Shown: positions 9,532 through 21,500, counted from the first letter of the stretch. The stretch is 64,000 bases of DNA from Pseudomonadota bacterium (GCA_047947185.1 CP170502.1:1301978-1365977); one strand, 5' to 3'. Notes: generated from the letters alone by a model not told the origin. Made by a program: numbers and translations.

Positions 9532-10418
9532 TTAACCCTACCTTCAAAAGCCTTGCTGATGCGATCACGGAGGCGCGGGCCAAATGCCATTTCATCACAG
9601 AAAGCGGCCAGGGCAAGCGTGTCAGCGGGCGCCACAACCAGGTCCTCCAGGCCCAGTTCCAGGGGTACGCGCGTATCTATGCGAGTCACCCGCTGGAATG
9701 TCTCCAGGAGATCCCGATGTGTCTGCAGCGTCTGCGCAATCTTTTTTGCGCCCCGCAGGGGTGCTGCCGCCACATCGTCACTGGCCAGCAGTGTCTCAAG
9801 ATTGCCGTAGCGGGCGAGCAGTGCTGCAGCCGTCTTGGCGCCAATACCCGGGGCACCGGGAATGTTGTCGACCGCATCACCGGCCAGGGCCAGGTAGTCA
9901 GGCAACTGGTCGGGACGCACACCAAACTTCATCTCAATCTCGCGGGGCCCCAGGTATTCGTTCGCGGCAAAATCCCACAGCCTGTCGTCCTCCCGCAAGA
10001 GCTGCCCCAGATCCTTGTCCCGGGTCACGATAATGGCCCGGCGGCCGTCACCAAACTTTTCAAGCAGGGTTCCAATGATGTCATCCGCCTCATAATCCTT
10101 CAGGCTGATGGTATGAAATCCCAGCAGTCCGGTGACACGCTGGCACTGGGCAAGCTGGAACTCAAGGTTCTCGTCAGGCAGTTCACGATTCGCCTTGTAG
10201 GCGGGATAGATGGCGTTGCGGAAACAGGTGGTCAGGCTTTCATCAAACGCAAACGAAATATGTGCCGGCCTGCGCGCCAGCAGATCCAGCAGAAACTGGA
10301 GATAACCGTAGACGGCATTCACCGGTTCCCCGTTTGCTGCCCGGACGCCAGCCGGCATGGAAAAATAGGCACGAAAAATATAGATGGAGGCATCAACCAG
10401 GTAGAGTTCCGGCAACAT
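9528..10418 (-). CDS. xni: 5'-3' exonuclease / flap endonuclease (ExoIX-like)
   Basis: Has the PIN-like N-terminus (LYLVDASIYIFRAYF), acidic clusters (TRDKDLGQL, D.IPG.PGIG) and an H3TH motif typical of the Pol I 5'-nuclease family, without a polymerase domain. Confidence 0.88.
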   Translation of the reverse strand: MLPELYLVDASIYIFRAYFSMPAGVRAANGEPVNAVYGYLQFLLDLLARRPAHISFAFDESLTTCFRNAIYPAYKANRELPDENLEFQLAQCQRVTGLLGFHTISLKDYEADDIIGTLLEKFGDGRRAIIVTRDKDLGQLLREDDRLWDFAANEYLGPREIEMKFGVRPDQLPDYLALAGDAVDNIPGAPGIGAKTAAALLARYGNLETLLASDDVAAAPLRGAKKIAQTLQTHRDLLETFQRVTRIDTRVPLELGLEDLVVAPADTLALAAFCDEMAFGPRLRDRISKAFEGRVK

Positions 10419-10942
10419 CAGTCTGGCAACTCCCGGTAGTGGCCGCGATTGAGGTAGCTGTCCACACCTGACAGTGCTGCCAGCCTGCCGGCAAACCGGG
10501 CAGCACGGGGTGGCAGGCCGGCTTCAAGGCGTTGCAGCGCCGCGTCACGGACTGACCGGCGATGTGCTGCCAGGTAACTTGCGGGCTCGTCAAAATTGTC
10601 AAAACTGACCCGAAAACGCTGCCCCGCGGCAACCGACAGAATCCACTCCAGGGCCTGGGGTGCTCGCTCGGCCACTTCAAACCGGCGCTGGTCCTGCCCC
10701 CTGCGCACCGGGGTATACCAGTAGCCATAATCGTCCAGACGCCGGCGCCGCGCCCCGGCAATACACCAGTGAGCAATCTCATGCAGCGCGCTGGACACAA
10801 AGTCTTCCTTGAAGCAGATGACCGCAGGTTCGCCGGGTACAAAAGCCCGGTAGAAAGGTTCCTCATATCCACCCTCAAGCCTGGTGTTGTAGGACACAAG
10901 AAACTCGGACTCAAAACAGTGCTGCAGTTCAGCAATTTCCAT
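10418..10942 (-). CDS. epmC: Elongation factor P hydroxylase
   Basis: HEIAHWCIAG..RR..DDYGYWY motif. The ATG at 10942 shares one base with the upstream stop (TGATG). The ORF-track start at 10975 would overlap the upstream gene by 34 nt. Confidence 0.85.
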   Translation of the reverse strand: MEIAELQHCFESEFLVSYNTRLEGGYEEPFYRAFVPGEPAVICFKEDFVSSALHEIAHWCIAGARRRRLDDYGYWYTPVRRGQDQRRFEVAERAPQALEWILSVAAGQRFRVSFDNFDEPASYLAAHRRSVRDAALQRLEAGLPPRAARFAGRLAALSGVDSYLNRGHYRELPD

Positions 10943-11415
10943 CAGTCGGGCTCTAGCTCGCTGTTGGGCAGGCATTCAATACGCGACAAGGCCGCAAAAT
11001 AGTCGGGCGAGAGGTGCGGCTCACCTTCCAGCAGGTGATTGAGGTACCAGCGGGCGGGCTTTAGCCCCTCGGTAATCCATTCGTCGTTGGCCAGGTAAAC
11101 CCAGGCATGCTGGGGTTTGTTGTCGGCATAAACGGGCAACGCGAGCCGGGAATAACGCACCGGGTGGCCCTCAAAAGGATCCATGACCTCTATCTGCTGC
11201 AGGTCCAGCAGCCGATAGAGTACTCCTTCAACCCGGTGGCCCGGGGCCGCGACCACGTTGGCAGAGGCGGCCCCCGGGTATTTGACAGACCGCTTGTTAA
11301 ACACCAGGCGAAAATCGTTCAGCACACCCCCAAAATACTCCGTATAGCGCATCTGGCGCTGACTCACCCGGCGTGGGTTCATGTTGCTGCCATAGGCAAA
11401 GTAGAAGGCTGCCAT
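10942..11415 (-). CDS. Gamma-glutamylcyclotransferase (AIG2-like) family protein
   Basis: N-terminal YFAYGSNMN motif and a conserved Glu context (DPFEGHP). Confidence 0.85.
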   Translation of the reverse strand: MAAFYFAYGSNMNPRRVSQRQMRYTEYFGGVLNDFRLVFNKRSVKYPGAASANVVAAPGHRVEGVLYRLLDLQQIEVMDPFEGHPVRYSRLALPVYADNKPQHAWVYLANDEWITEGLKPARWYLNHLLEGEPHLSPDYFAALSRIECLPNSELEPD

Positions 11416-11663
11416 CAGCCTTTACGAATCCAGTAGGTATAGGTTTCGCCTTCCTGCTCTTCTGCCAGCATCTCGTGATTCAGAAACTTGCAGAAATTGG
11501 CAAAGTCCCAGCGCGTCGAGGGATCTGTGGCCACAATCTTGATCACCTGGCCCGACGCCATATCCATCATGCGGTTGCGGGTGACCATCAAGGGTTCCGG
11601 ACAGCGCAGCCCGGTAGCGTCCACAAACTCGTCTTCCGTCGTAACAGGTTGTTTTGCCTTCAT
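11415..11663 (-). CDS. tusA: Sulfurtransferase TusA
   Basis: 82 aa with the DATGLRCPEP active-site motif. Confidence 0.92.
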   Translation of the reverse strand: MKAKQPVTTEDEFVDATGLRCPEPLMVTRNRMMDMASGQVIKIVATDPSTRWDFANFCKFLNHEMLAEEQEGETYTYWIRKG

Positions 11664-11734
11664 TTTTTAGCCTTCACTTATGGTCATGCGCCTGTATAAT
11701 CTTGACCCCTCCATTGTAGCAAGATTGGCCCGAC

Positions 11735-12022
11735 ATGATCCGCGTACTCATTGAGCGATACATTGCCGAGGGACTCGAGCATTACTACGATTCAACCATC
11801 AAGCGCACCATCAGTTCCGTGGTGCAGGCACCGGGATGCCTGTCGGGTGAATCGTTGGTTGATGCCAATAACCGACAGCGGCGAATTGTCATGTCCAAGT
11901 GGCAATCCGCAGAAGACTGGGAAAACTGGTACCGCTCCGACGAACGCCGCCAGGTGATTGCTGAAATCATGCCCATGCTTGAAGGCGGGGAAAAGATTAC
12001 CATGCTGGAACTCACCCGTTAA
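11735..12022 (+). CDS. Antibiotic biosynthesis monooxygenase (ABM) domain protein
   Basis: 95-aa ferredoxin-like protein with the typical ...SKWQSAEDWENW... ABM segment. Confidence 0.7.
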   Translation: MIRVLIERYIAEGLEHYYDSTIKRTISSVVQAPGCLSGESLVDANNRQRRIVMSKWQSAEDWENWYRSDERRQVIAEIMPMLEGGEKITMLELTR

Positions 12023-12031
12023 GCCGGGCTC

Positions 12032-12874
12032 GTGAGACCGCGGTACCGTCAACTTTTACCTTTTGCGGGCCTGTTATCAGCCCTGCTGCTTTCCGCCTGT
12101 GTCGCCGGACCCGAGGCAATGCCAGCAGCCGCAACCCTGCAGGTCAGGCAGATCATGCAGGCAGGCAAACCGTTATCCTACTGGATTTTTGTTCCTCCGC
12201 AGCCAGCGCAGTCGCCACGGCCGATGCTACTCGTGCTTCCCGATGACCAGGACACGGCGTATGACTTTCTCCGCACCGGCGATTTCATGACCGATGCCAC
12301 AGCCAGGGGTTACATCGTTGTGGCACCAGATACCGGTGGCGTGACAGGGCCAGGTATCATCAGTGACATTGCCACGGCGGTGTCTGCCAGCCTTGCTGTC
12401 GATGAATCCCGGGTGCTGATTGCGGGCCAAGGCCGGGGTGGTGAAATTGCGCTGAATCTGATCCGCTCACACGCACACCCGTTTGCCGCGGGGGCTTTTA
12501 TGGCGCCAAGCACTGAAGCACCCCCGGCAGAAGTACCCGCCGAAGCACCCGCAAGGGCCATTCCGCTGATGCTGACCTATGGCGAGGCCAATGCCGGCAA
12601 CCTCGCAAACGCCAGGCAATGGGCCAGCCGGCTGGGTTGCGGGATGAGCCTGCAGGCAAGAAACGAGTTCGTTGAACAGGTCGGCTTCTATGGTTGCCGT
12701 AACGGCGCAGAGGTCATCTACCAGACCATCGAGGGACTGGCAGGTTGGACCGGCAGGGTCGTGTCGAACGCCACCGGGCGTGCTGGTTCAGTCAGCCTGA
12801 CCACGCTGGCCTGGCAATTCTTCGACAGGACCGCACCCGGCGACTCATCGCAGGGGTCAAACAGGCGCCCGTAA
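12032..12874 (+). CDS. Lipoprotein, alpha/beta-hydrolase-like (esterase / PHB-depolymerase-like) without a recognisable nucleophile motif
   Basis: Lipobox LLSAC. The layout resembles LpqC/PHB-depolymerase esterases (YWIFVP...LLVL..., IVVAPD, RVLIAG.G.GG). The nucleophile elbow reads GQGRG instead of GxSxG. Confidence 0.45.
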   Translation: MRPRYRQLLPFAGLLSALLLSACVAGPEAMPAAATLQVRQIMQAGKPLSYWIFVPPQPAQSPRPMLLVLPDDQDTAYDFLRTGDFMTDATARGYIVVAPDTGGVTGPGIISDIATAVSASLAVDESRVLIAGQGRGGEIALNLIRSHAHPFAAGAFMAPSTEAPPAEVPAEAPARAIPLMLTYGEANAGNLANARQWASRLGCGMSLQARNEFVEQVGFYGCRNGAEVIYQTIEGLAGWTGRVVSNATGRAGSVSLTTLAWQFFDRTAPGDSSQGSNRRP

Positions 12875-12885
12875 CTACGCCCTGG

Positions 12886-13257
12886 TCAGTAATTTTGTAG
12901 CAGGTAAATACTCAGTGCCCGCCGATCGTCTTCGGTATAGGGAAAACGGGGCATCGGCGGGGGTGGATTGGCCAACAGCAGCGACAGGGTTCTCACATCA
13001 TACCGCGACGCCAGGTTGACCAGTGGTCCGCCCACCCTGCGACCTTCAGCGTGGCAGGCGACAGCACAGCCATCACTGGCGAATATATTTGCCCCCACCG
13101 CCTCAAGCCGGGCAAGTTCATCAGCTGACAGGGTCAAGGGGACTTCAAAGGAGTCCGGTCCGGGTCTTTCACCCTTCAACACCTGCCAGGCAAGGTAACC
13201 CATGCCGGCAACAACAATGAGGCATACCATCAGTAACCCAATTTTTTGCCCTGGCAT
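12886..13257 (-). CDS. Membrane-anchored c-type cytochrome
   Basis: N-terminal TM helix and a single heme motif, CAVACH. It lies immediately downstream (4-nt gap) of the PQQ-ADH gene. Confidence 0.75.
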   Translation of the reverse strand: MPGQKIGLLMVCLIVVAGMGYLAWQVLKGERPGPDSFEVPLTLSADELARLEAVGANIFASDGCAVACHAEGRRVGGPLVNLASRYDVRTLSLLLANPPPPMPRFPYTEDDRRALSIYLLQNY

Positions 13258-13260
13258 GGA

Positions 13261-15486
13261 CTACCGATACCTCAGTTCATCCTGCAGGTCATGTGCCTGC
13301 CCGATGACATACGCCCTCAGTGCGGCAACATCGTCTTCTGCCAGCACATCACCAAACATCGGCATGCCCCGGTCTTGCAGGATGCCATCCAGCACAATTT
13401 CCCGGAATGCCATGTACTTGGCCGCGGGCATATGGCGCAGATCCGGGATTACCCCGCCGCCTTTCACACCGGCACCATGGCAAACCCCACAGTAGGTTGA
13501 ATACACCACGGCACCCTGGGCTATCTGTTCCGGCGTGCCTTCACGCGGGGGTGGCGGTGGTATGGGCGCATCCGGCGCGAGCGGCGGCAGGGTTGCCGTA
13601 CCCCCGAGCTTATAGGTCAGGATTTTGCCACGGCTTTTCTGGTTCAACATCTCGGCACCCCGGCCAAACGATAGCGCATAGGCACCACCCCAGCCTGCTA
13701 CCCAGGTGACATACTGTTCACCGTCAACCATATAGGTCACGGGTGGGGCAATCACCCCGGTTTGTGCTGGCGAGCGCCACAGCTCAACGCCATTGTCGGC
13801 CCGGTAGGCTTTTACTTCGCCAGCGGACGTCCCCTGGAATATCAGGTTGCCGGCGGTCGTCAGCATCCCGCCATTCCAGGCACCCGGGTGCTGGATTCGC
13901 CAGGCCTCCTCCTGCCTGACTGGATCCCAGGCTGAGACGTAACCGCGCATCATGCCGCCAAAGCGATCCTCAACGGTCTTGTCGACGAGTGGACCAGGGT
14001 CCCAGCTGATGGCCAGGTTCCACCGCCCTTCAACAAACTCGAAAGCCGGTTCGTGACCATAACCGTAGGGAATATCAAGCGCGGGTATGTAGACGAGCCC
14101 GGTTTCCGGATTAAACGCCATGGGATGCCAGTTATGCCCACCCAGGGGTGAAGGTTTGTGGAACGCGGCCTCAAGCTGTTCGTTACTCAATGACTTGAGC
14201 GCCTCTATCTGCTGATCAAGGGGCAGTGAGGACAGCGGATTGGGTGCCTGGTAGCGGGCGTTATCCGTTTCAACCGGCCGGCCGGACTCCGGGTCCACAT
14301 GGGTCGCCCAGGTAATCGGTATGTAGGGTTTGGCGGAAATAAACTCGCCATTGGTACGGTCAAGCACGTAGAAAAAACCGTTCTTGGGCGCCTGCAAAAT
14401 GACCTTGCGCGTCTCGCCGTTGATCTCGAGCTCAGCCAGGATCATGTGCTGGGTGGCGGTGTAGTCCCAGGTATCTCCCGGTGTGGTCTGGTAATGCCAG
14501 ATGTACTCGCCGGTATCAGGGTTGAGCGCAACAATAGATGACAGGTACAGATTGTCGCCGCCACCCGGGCTGCGCACCTGCTGGTTCCAGGGTGAGCCGT
14601 TACCCACGCCAATGTAAAGCTGGTTCAGCTCCGGGTCGTAGGCCATTGAGTCCCAGACAGTGCCACCACCACCCATGGTCCACCACTGCCCCGTCCAGGT
14701 TTTGGCTGCTGCTTCCATGGCGGGTGATACAAACGGCTCCGCCGGATTACCCGGTACCGTATAAAAGCGCCAGACCTGCTCGCCGGTGCTGGCGTCATAG
14801 GCGGTTACGTACCCGCGCACGCCATACTCGGCCCCACCATTGCCAATAATCACCTTGTCATTAACAACGCGTGGCGCGCCGGTAATGGTATAGGGTTTGG
14901 TGCGGTCAATGGTGTTGACATCCCACAGCACCTCACCGTTGGCCGCGTCCAGGGCCACCAGCCGTCCGTCCAGCGTGCCGACAAAAACCTTGCCCTTCCA
15001 GAGGGCCACCCCCCGGTTCACCACGTCACAGCAGGCATTCTTGCCCCATGACTTTGGGACCTGCGGATCATACTTCCAGATCAGTTCACCGGTTTTGGCA
15101 TTGTTGGCAAAAACCAGGCTCCAGGAACCGGTGCTGTACATCACCCCGTCAACCACAATGGGTGAAGCCTCGAGGCCGCGGTTGGTTTCCGTATCAAACC
15201 ACCAGGCCAGGCCAAGCTCACCCACATTGCTATCGTTGATCTGGTCCAGCGGACTGAATCTTGCTTCATCGTAGGTGCGGCCATGGGCCAACCAGTTGCC
15301 TGGTTCACTGTCGGCGTTGGTGATGCGCGCACCATCCACGCCGGCAGTAACTTCACGGATATGGTCCGCCATGGCGTTTGCTGTTTGTGGCAATTCAGCC
15401 GGAACCGGGACGCTATCTTCCTGCGTCAGCAGGAAAGCCAGCAGAATGACAAAAAGACCCGCTGCGAGCGCGATCAGGTTACGCAT
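13261..15486 (-). CDS. PQQ-dependent quinohemoprotein alcohol dehydrogenase (type II ADH)
   Basis: Signal/anchor peptide, a vicinal Cys pair (KNACCDVVNRG), W-rich propeller repeats and a C-terminal cytochrome c domain with CGVCHG. GGAGG RBS. Confidence 0.92.
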   Translation of the reverse strand: MRNLIALAAGLFVILLAFLLTQEDSVPVPAELPQTANAMADHIREVTAGVDGARITNADSEPGNWLAHGRTYDEARFSPLDQINDSNVGELGLAWWFDTETNRGLEASPIVVDGVMYSTGSWSLVFANNAKTGELIWKYDPQVPKSWGKNACCDVVNRGVALWKGKVFVGTLDGRLVALDAANGEVLWDVNTIDRTKPYTITGAPRVVNDKVIIGNGGAEYGVRGYVTAYDASTGEQVWRFYTVPGNPAEPFVSPAMEAAAKTWTGQWWTMGGGGTVWDSMAYDPELNQLYIGVGNGSPWNQQVRSPGGGDNLYLSSIVALNPDTGEYIWHYQTTPGDTWDYTATQHMILAELEINGETRKVILQAPKNGFFYVLDRTNGEFISAKPYIPITWATHVDPESGRPVETDNARYQAPNPLSSLPLDQQIEALKSLSNEQLEAAFHKPSPLGGHNWHPMAFNPETGLVYIPALDIPYGYGHEPAFEFVEGRWNLAISWDPGPLVDKTVEDRFGGMMRGYVSAWDPVRQEEAWRIQHPGAWNGGMLTTAGNLIFQGTSAGEVKAYRADNGVELWRSPAQTGVIAPPVTYMVDGEQYVTWVAGWGGAYALSFGRGAEMLNQKSRGKILTYKLGGTATLPPLAPDAPIPPPPPREGTPEQIAQGAVVYSTYCGVCHGAGVKGGGVIPDLRHMPAAKYMAFREIVLDGILQDRGMPMFGDVLAEDDVAALRAYVIGQAHDLQDELRYR

Positions 15487-15561
15487 GCTTTCCCCCTCCG
15501 TTTATCCTGCGCAGATGCTACTCACTCGCTGCTACCCTGTCCAACCGTCCACGCAAATCCG

Positions 15562-18500
15562 TTACTGGGTACCTATACGCTGCATGAGGTTGCGGGCGTC
15601 GAACTGGTCAAACTTGACCCGATATTTGAGGTATACGCCTTTGGCTGTGTACTCGCTGGCACTGAAATCTTCATCATGGAATCCGGAGAAGTTATAGCCC
15701 AGCGACATCCAGACATTGTGTGCCATGTTGTAGCCAACCGAGACACCAAACGAGGTGTCCGAGGCGCCAGCCGCGTAAGAGTTATACATGCTTGTCTGTA
15801 CACCCAGGTCCCATTTGTTGTTCATATCGTGACGAATCTCCATCCCCAACAGGTCTGTAAACCCGCGATACTCATCGTCATCAAAGTTATCAACCACGTA
15901 CTTGGCGCCGTACTGGAACGCAATCTGGGTATTTTCCTGCCACAGATAGTTGGCATTCAGGTTGTTCACGATCTTCTGCGACACCACACTCGAATCAAGT
16001 GAACTGGACGTGTTACGCGACAGGTCCAGCCGGTTGAACAGGGTCCAGCGGCTGTCAATCGGCCGGAACGCATAACCCAGCCTTACGTCGGTAGTCGTCT
16101 GCGCAGAAAACTCGGTGTCATTTTTCTGGATGTTGATCTGGGCCAGCAACTGTGCCCCCTCATCCAGATCATGAATAACGTCACTTAGCAGGTTTACCTT
16201 GTCGCCGGTATCAGCCTTGCGATATTCGACCCGGGTGGACCAGTCCCAGGCGTTACGCTTGTAATTGGAGCCGAACGTCACCGCGGTAAAATCGTCATCC
16301 CCGGGGCTTGAGTAGACCGTGGTCACTTCCAGCTCAGGTGCAGCCCGCGTCTGCTTGATGGTCTGGGACCTGTCAACGCCAAAGTCGAAACTCCAGGCAT
16401 CGTTATACTCCCAGCGCTGCTTGAGACCGGCTACCGCCGCCAGCCGCTCGGAATTTTCCTGGTCAGCGCTTTGCTGTACCGAGGTGTTCAGTTCTGCACC
16501 GTCCCACAAGCGCGAACTCATGCCAATGCGGGTCCCCTGGGTATCCAGCTCTTCGCCCCAGGAGAACTCCTGTTCCGCGCTGAGGGTGACCGCGTCATTC
16601 AGCTTGTAATCCAGGCCAACACGCAGGCGCTTGGGGAAGTTGGCTGCTTCACCCTGTCCGCCTATCGGTGCATCGGCACTGGCTGTCAGGTTTGCCCTGC
16701 CATCCAGCACCTTGTAACTGCCACCCACCAGCACCTGGTTGGACACTGACTCCACACCATCTGCATCACTGACCGCGGATCTGAGCCCGGTATTGATGCT
16801 GTACTGGTCGTTGCGCATTTCCATGGTCGTCGACACCACGTCCTCGGTTGAACCTGTCCCAAGATTGGTCTGGCGATAGGCCTCACCACGGACTTCCACA
16901 CCGTCCCTGACCGTATAGGCGCCCTCAACACCCATCTTGCGGGTACCTGATTCACTGGCATTCTGCTGGCCAAGTCCAAACCCGCCGTCCTGCTCACGGA
17001 CGTAGGCCCGCGCATCCAGTTCCGCGTTGCGTCGCGAGATCTCGGCGAGATAAGCCGTACCGCTCGTTTCGCTACCGTCTTCCAGCTTGCTCCCGGTTGT
17101 CGCAATCTCTGCACGAAACTCGGTATCTGCGTCAATCTCAACAGCAACATCAACACCCAGCAGGCCGGTCTCCCGGTTTTCAACCCCTTCACGGATCGCC
17201 GTTGCGCCAACCTCAACCCGCTCGTTGGGCTTGTAGGCAACACGACCGCCCAGGTTCATTCGGTCCCGACCATCTCCTGCCGTTTCATAGTCTGCCACAA
17301 TAAATACCGGGTTAAATGCCGGGTCCTGGCTGTAAACCGGTTGTTTGAAGAAGATGGTGCCCGCGTCGTAATCAATGTTGTAATCAACGTAACGACGCAT
17401 ATCAACCGACTCGAGAATTCGCTCGGACCGGAAACGGTCGCGGGTTTCGAGCCTGATCTTTTCACTGTTGATCAGGATGCCGCCCGCTGACAACCGGTAT
17501 AAACCGGAGGTGCCATCACCCCGGATTTCGTCTTTTACAAACGCCTGGTTCGCCTCGCTCGCAAACGCAGAAAACTCGAACCTGTCACCCTCATATTCGG
17601 TCTTGAGGCCGGTGAAGTTCCTCGAGTAAGACGACAACTCATTGACGGTAAGCCCTGTCGTGAAGTCACCGAACAGGGCCGAAAACTGGTGTTTTTCCAG
17701 CTTCAGAAAGAGTTTTTCGTTGCTGGACGCATCGTACTGCAGGGTCGAGCGGTCGCCGTACAACGTGTAATAGGCGCTGGGGTCGATTGCCTGGGACAGG
17801 GCGTTTTTCTTTTCTTTGGCGGTATCGTAGGCAATCGTCAGGATGTACTCACCCTTGATTTGTCCCTTGGCATAAAACGCAACGCGCCCGTCTGCTGAGA
17901 ACTCATCATCCAGTCCGGCATCTGCAAGTCCTTCCATGTTCCCGGAGAGTTTCTGTTGGGCCAGTGAGCCTTCCGCGAGACCGACCATGATCCAGTCACG
18001 TTTTTCCGGCGCAACAAACAGCTCTATTTCCGTATCCTGCTCGTCACCATAGTAAAGGCTTGCATGATAAACACCGCTGCGGCTGACAGGGTTGAATTGC
18101 AACAGCCCGTCCGCGTCAACATCAATGTAGTTGCGATCCCTGATTTCCGCCAGCTCACTCAGGCTAAGCCCCCGGTCCAGCGCAACCAGGGAATCACTCT
18201 CAAAAACCAGTTTGTAAGGGCGCGATATTTTCTCACCGCTGCGGTCACGCAGATCAAGTTGCACCCTGACGGGTGTCCTGCCATCTGCAATATTGCCTTC
18301 GCTCTCAACCACCTCCAACCTGAACAGTTCACCTACACGCACGTAGGAAATCGTCTCGTCAAACCGTGCATTGCCAAAGCTGTCGACACCCTGAACGGTA
18401 ATCTGGTGTTCGCCCGGCTCACCCAGATCAACACCAATATAGCTGTACAGTGTTTTCCCGGTATCGCCGTCTTCCATGGTGAAACCGATTCGATCTTTCG

Positions 18501-21500
18501 GTACCTCGGTACCATCCACCAGCAGTTTTGGCTTCAGCCTGCTGTCAAGATCCAGTTTGATAGCCATGACCCGGGTGCTCACCCGCTCACCTTCGTTCAG
18601 GGTAATCAGGCCCTGCCGGTCAGGGTCACGACTGGCAACTGGTGTTTCACCACTGGCATCCAGCAGGTCCCAGCTACCGATTGCCTGGCTCCTGACTGAG
18701 GTTGATACCTTGACGTTCTGACCAGCCAGTTGCACAAGCGGCAAGCGATTGGGTGGCGTCTTTCCCTTCGGGGTTCCGACCGAGGTAAAACTCAGTCTTG
18801 CGGTACTGTCACCGGCGAGTACGCTGGCCGTGATAGTTCTGTCTTCCGGCAAATCGGGCGCAGCATTAAACAGCAGTTCAACCCGGCGGTTCTGCTGGCG
18901 CCCTGCCCGGGTCTCATTGGAGGCCACCGGATAGCGGTCGGCTGCACCTACCACGGCAATGGCAGGAAAGTCTCCCCGGCTGGCAAGGTAGTCAGCAACT
19001 GCCTGGGCACGCGCTTGTGATAGCGCCGCGTTGTCCGCAAATTCACCGCGATTCTCCGGCGCAATCCGCACGTTGTCAGTGTGCCCCACCACGGTCACTG
19101 CTTCCCAGCGTCGGTTACCCAGCTTTGCAATCAGTCTGTCGAGATCGGCGCGGTCTGCACTGGTGAGCGCCACGCTACGGGTTTCAAATCTCGGCTGCAG
19201 GGCAAGCAGCAGGTTATCGGGCGGCGGCTTCTTTTGACCCGGTTTGGGTTGAATGGCAAACCGGAGTTCTTTGCTGGTAACCACATCACCAATGTTCCAG
19301 ACGGTGCCAACAATGGACTGGCTATGGCTGATGGGGCTGCCGTCAAGTTCTTCGGTCCCCGCGATAACCGTCCAGCCCGCCGGCAGGCGGTAGATTACGC
19401 TGGCATCTTCTGCCACCACACGCCCTTCAGCAGACGCAGTGACCAGCACCCAGACCCGGTCGCCATCAACCGCCAGCGACTGTATCAACTCGATGTCAGA
19501 GACCGGCGGCGCCTTTTCCCTGACCCTGAAATCGGCACGCCACAGGGTACCACCCTGCAGGTCAACAAACTGCGAATGGGTCGCGCCCGCAAACCGGGCG
19601 TTGCTGTTACAGGGTGAGGGTTCATAACGCTCCTCCAGCGAGTCGATGTCCAGTTGGACAACATGACTGCCGGGTTCGATACCTTCCATGTGCCACATGC
19701 CCTCGTCATCTGTGATGACGTAAGAGCCGTCTTCCAGGAAAATCCGCACCCCGGGCATACCAGTCACCGGCGCCGGGTCACCCTGTCCTGCCTCATCAGC
19801 GCACTGTTCAAGTGTCACCCGGCCCGTGAGCATGGCTTTTCGACTGAACAGGTCATCCGTCACCACCACCCTCGCGGTTGCGGTGTTGCTCGAGACAATC
19901 AGGTCACCCATCACGCTCGCGGTATTGACTGCCGGCCCCAGGCCAGCGCCGGCCGTAATTTCGGCAACGTAGCGTACGTCAACAGGCTCAGTGCCAACCG
20001 GTGGCAGGTTAATGGTCAGCAGTGAACCATTGGCGTCAATCGAGGGATCCGGTGCCCGGGCGCCATCAATCCTGAGCGACCCTGACTGGAACCGAAACCC
20101 TTTGGGCAGCCTGTCGACGATGGCGCTGTCTCCCGCCGTGCCGCCGTTTTCGTTGTTTACGGTAATTCGATACTGGATAAAGTCTCCGATCGCTGCCACA
20201 TCGCGGCTGGCTTCTTTTTGCAGGAAAACGTTTGCGGACGGCTCGTCAATGGGCACATCAATGTTCAGCGCCGGTCCGACCGGTACTTCAAAAACGTCGC
20301 CACGCGAACCATCCACTACCTGGAAAGGTGCACCATTCAAACCCTGGATGACCAGGTCACTGACAACCGACGGGAACACCAGGTTGGCCGGCAGGTTGGT
20401 CACTTCCAGCCGGTAGTTGCCCGGCGCAACAAATGGAAACCGATATTCACCGTCGGGGAAGTCATACTGGAGCCCCGCGTCATCGGTAACGCTGCCGCCG
20501 GTCACCAGGGTGCTGGGAAAGGGGGCAAACAGCGGACCATCACCAAACACTGCCGCGGGCTCATTGGTATCGGCATTAACCAGCGTAATTGTTGCCCCGT
20601 TGATGAGTTCGCCGTTGCGGGTGCTGAACACCCGACCAAAAGGGTCCACCAGGACAAGGCTTTCGGAGCTGTCGGTGTTGTCAAACGCATCCGTGTAGGT
20701 GCTGGTGATCGGCTGGTTTTTCACAACCCCCAGCGTACAGCTGCCGGAAGATGATTCTTCTTCCGCCGATTGAATGTAGCCGATAAATTCACCGCTGTTT
20801 GGCTCAGTCTCGGTGAGTTCCAGGAATTCACGGTCGCCGCTGGCGGCAACATCCAGTTGGACGGTGATTGTCTCCCGGACATTGGCATCACGGTTCTGGT
20901 CCGCGTCTGTCACCTTGACAAAAACCGGCTGGCCTACCTTGATGACATCAGTCCTGATCAGGTTGACCACACCGGGTACTGGCACCAGGACGTTCCTGAG
21001 TTCCACTACCTCACGGGTCTGGCCTGCAACACAAACGGTTTGCTGGACGTTATAGGGTGTGCCCACGGCGGGATTGGGGCTGTACTGAAAAAATTCTGTT
21101 TTTGACGGCGAGGGACTGGCAGGCACTGCTGGCCCAATCCGCGTGACCGGGATATCAATCCTGGGCAGTGCCCCCTGGCTGACGCGAAACGGAAGTCCAC
21201 GTGACGCATCAGACAGTCGATAAGCACCGTCGGAAGTAACCGTGAGGGCACGCTCGAGGCTGGCGCCAAGCGACTGCAGCTCACTGTCTGGGCGCTGCGA
21301 AAACACATATCTCTGCGTGTTAAAGATCTCGAGCCGGTACTCCCCGTCAGGAATGGCTGGAAAACGGTATTCACCGGCATCCACGTCATAGACTGCGCCA
21401 GACCGATCCCGGGTATCTTCACCCGACTTTAGCGCTGACGGATAGAGTGAATAGACCGGACCGTCCCCGCGAACGTCCGCCGGCGTTGACGTGGCAACAC

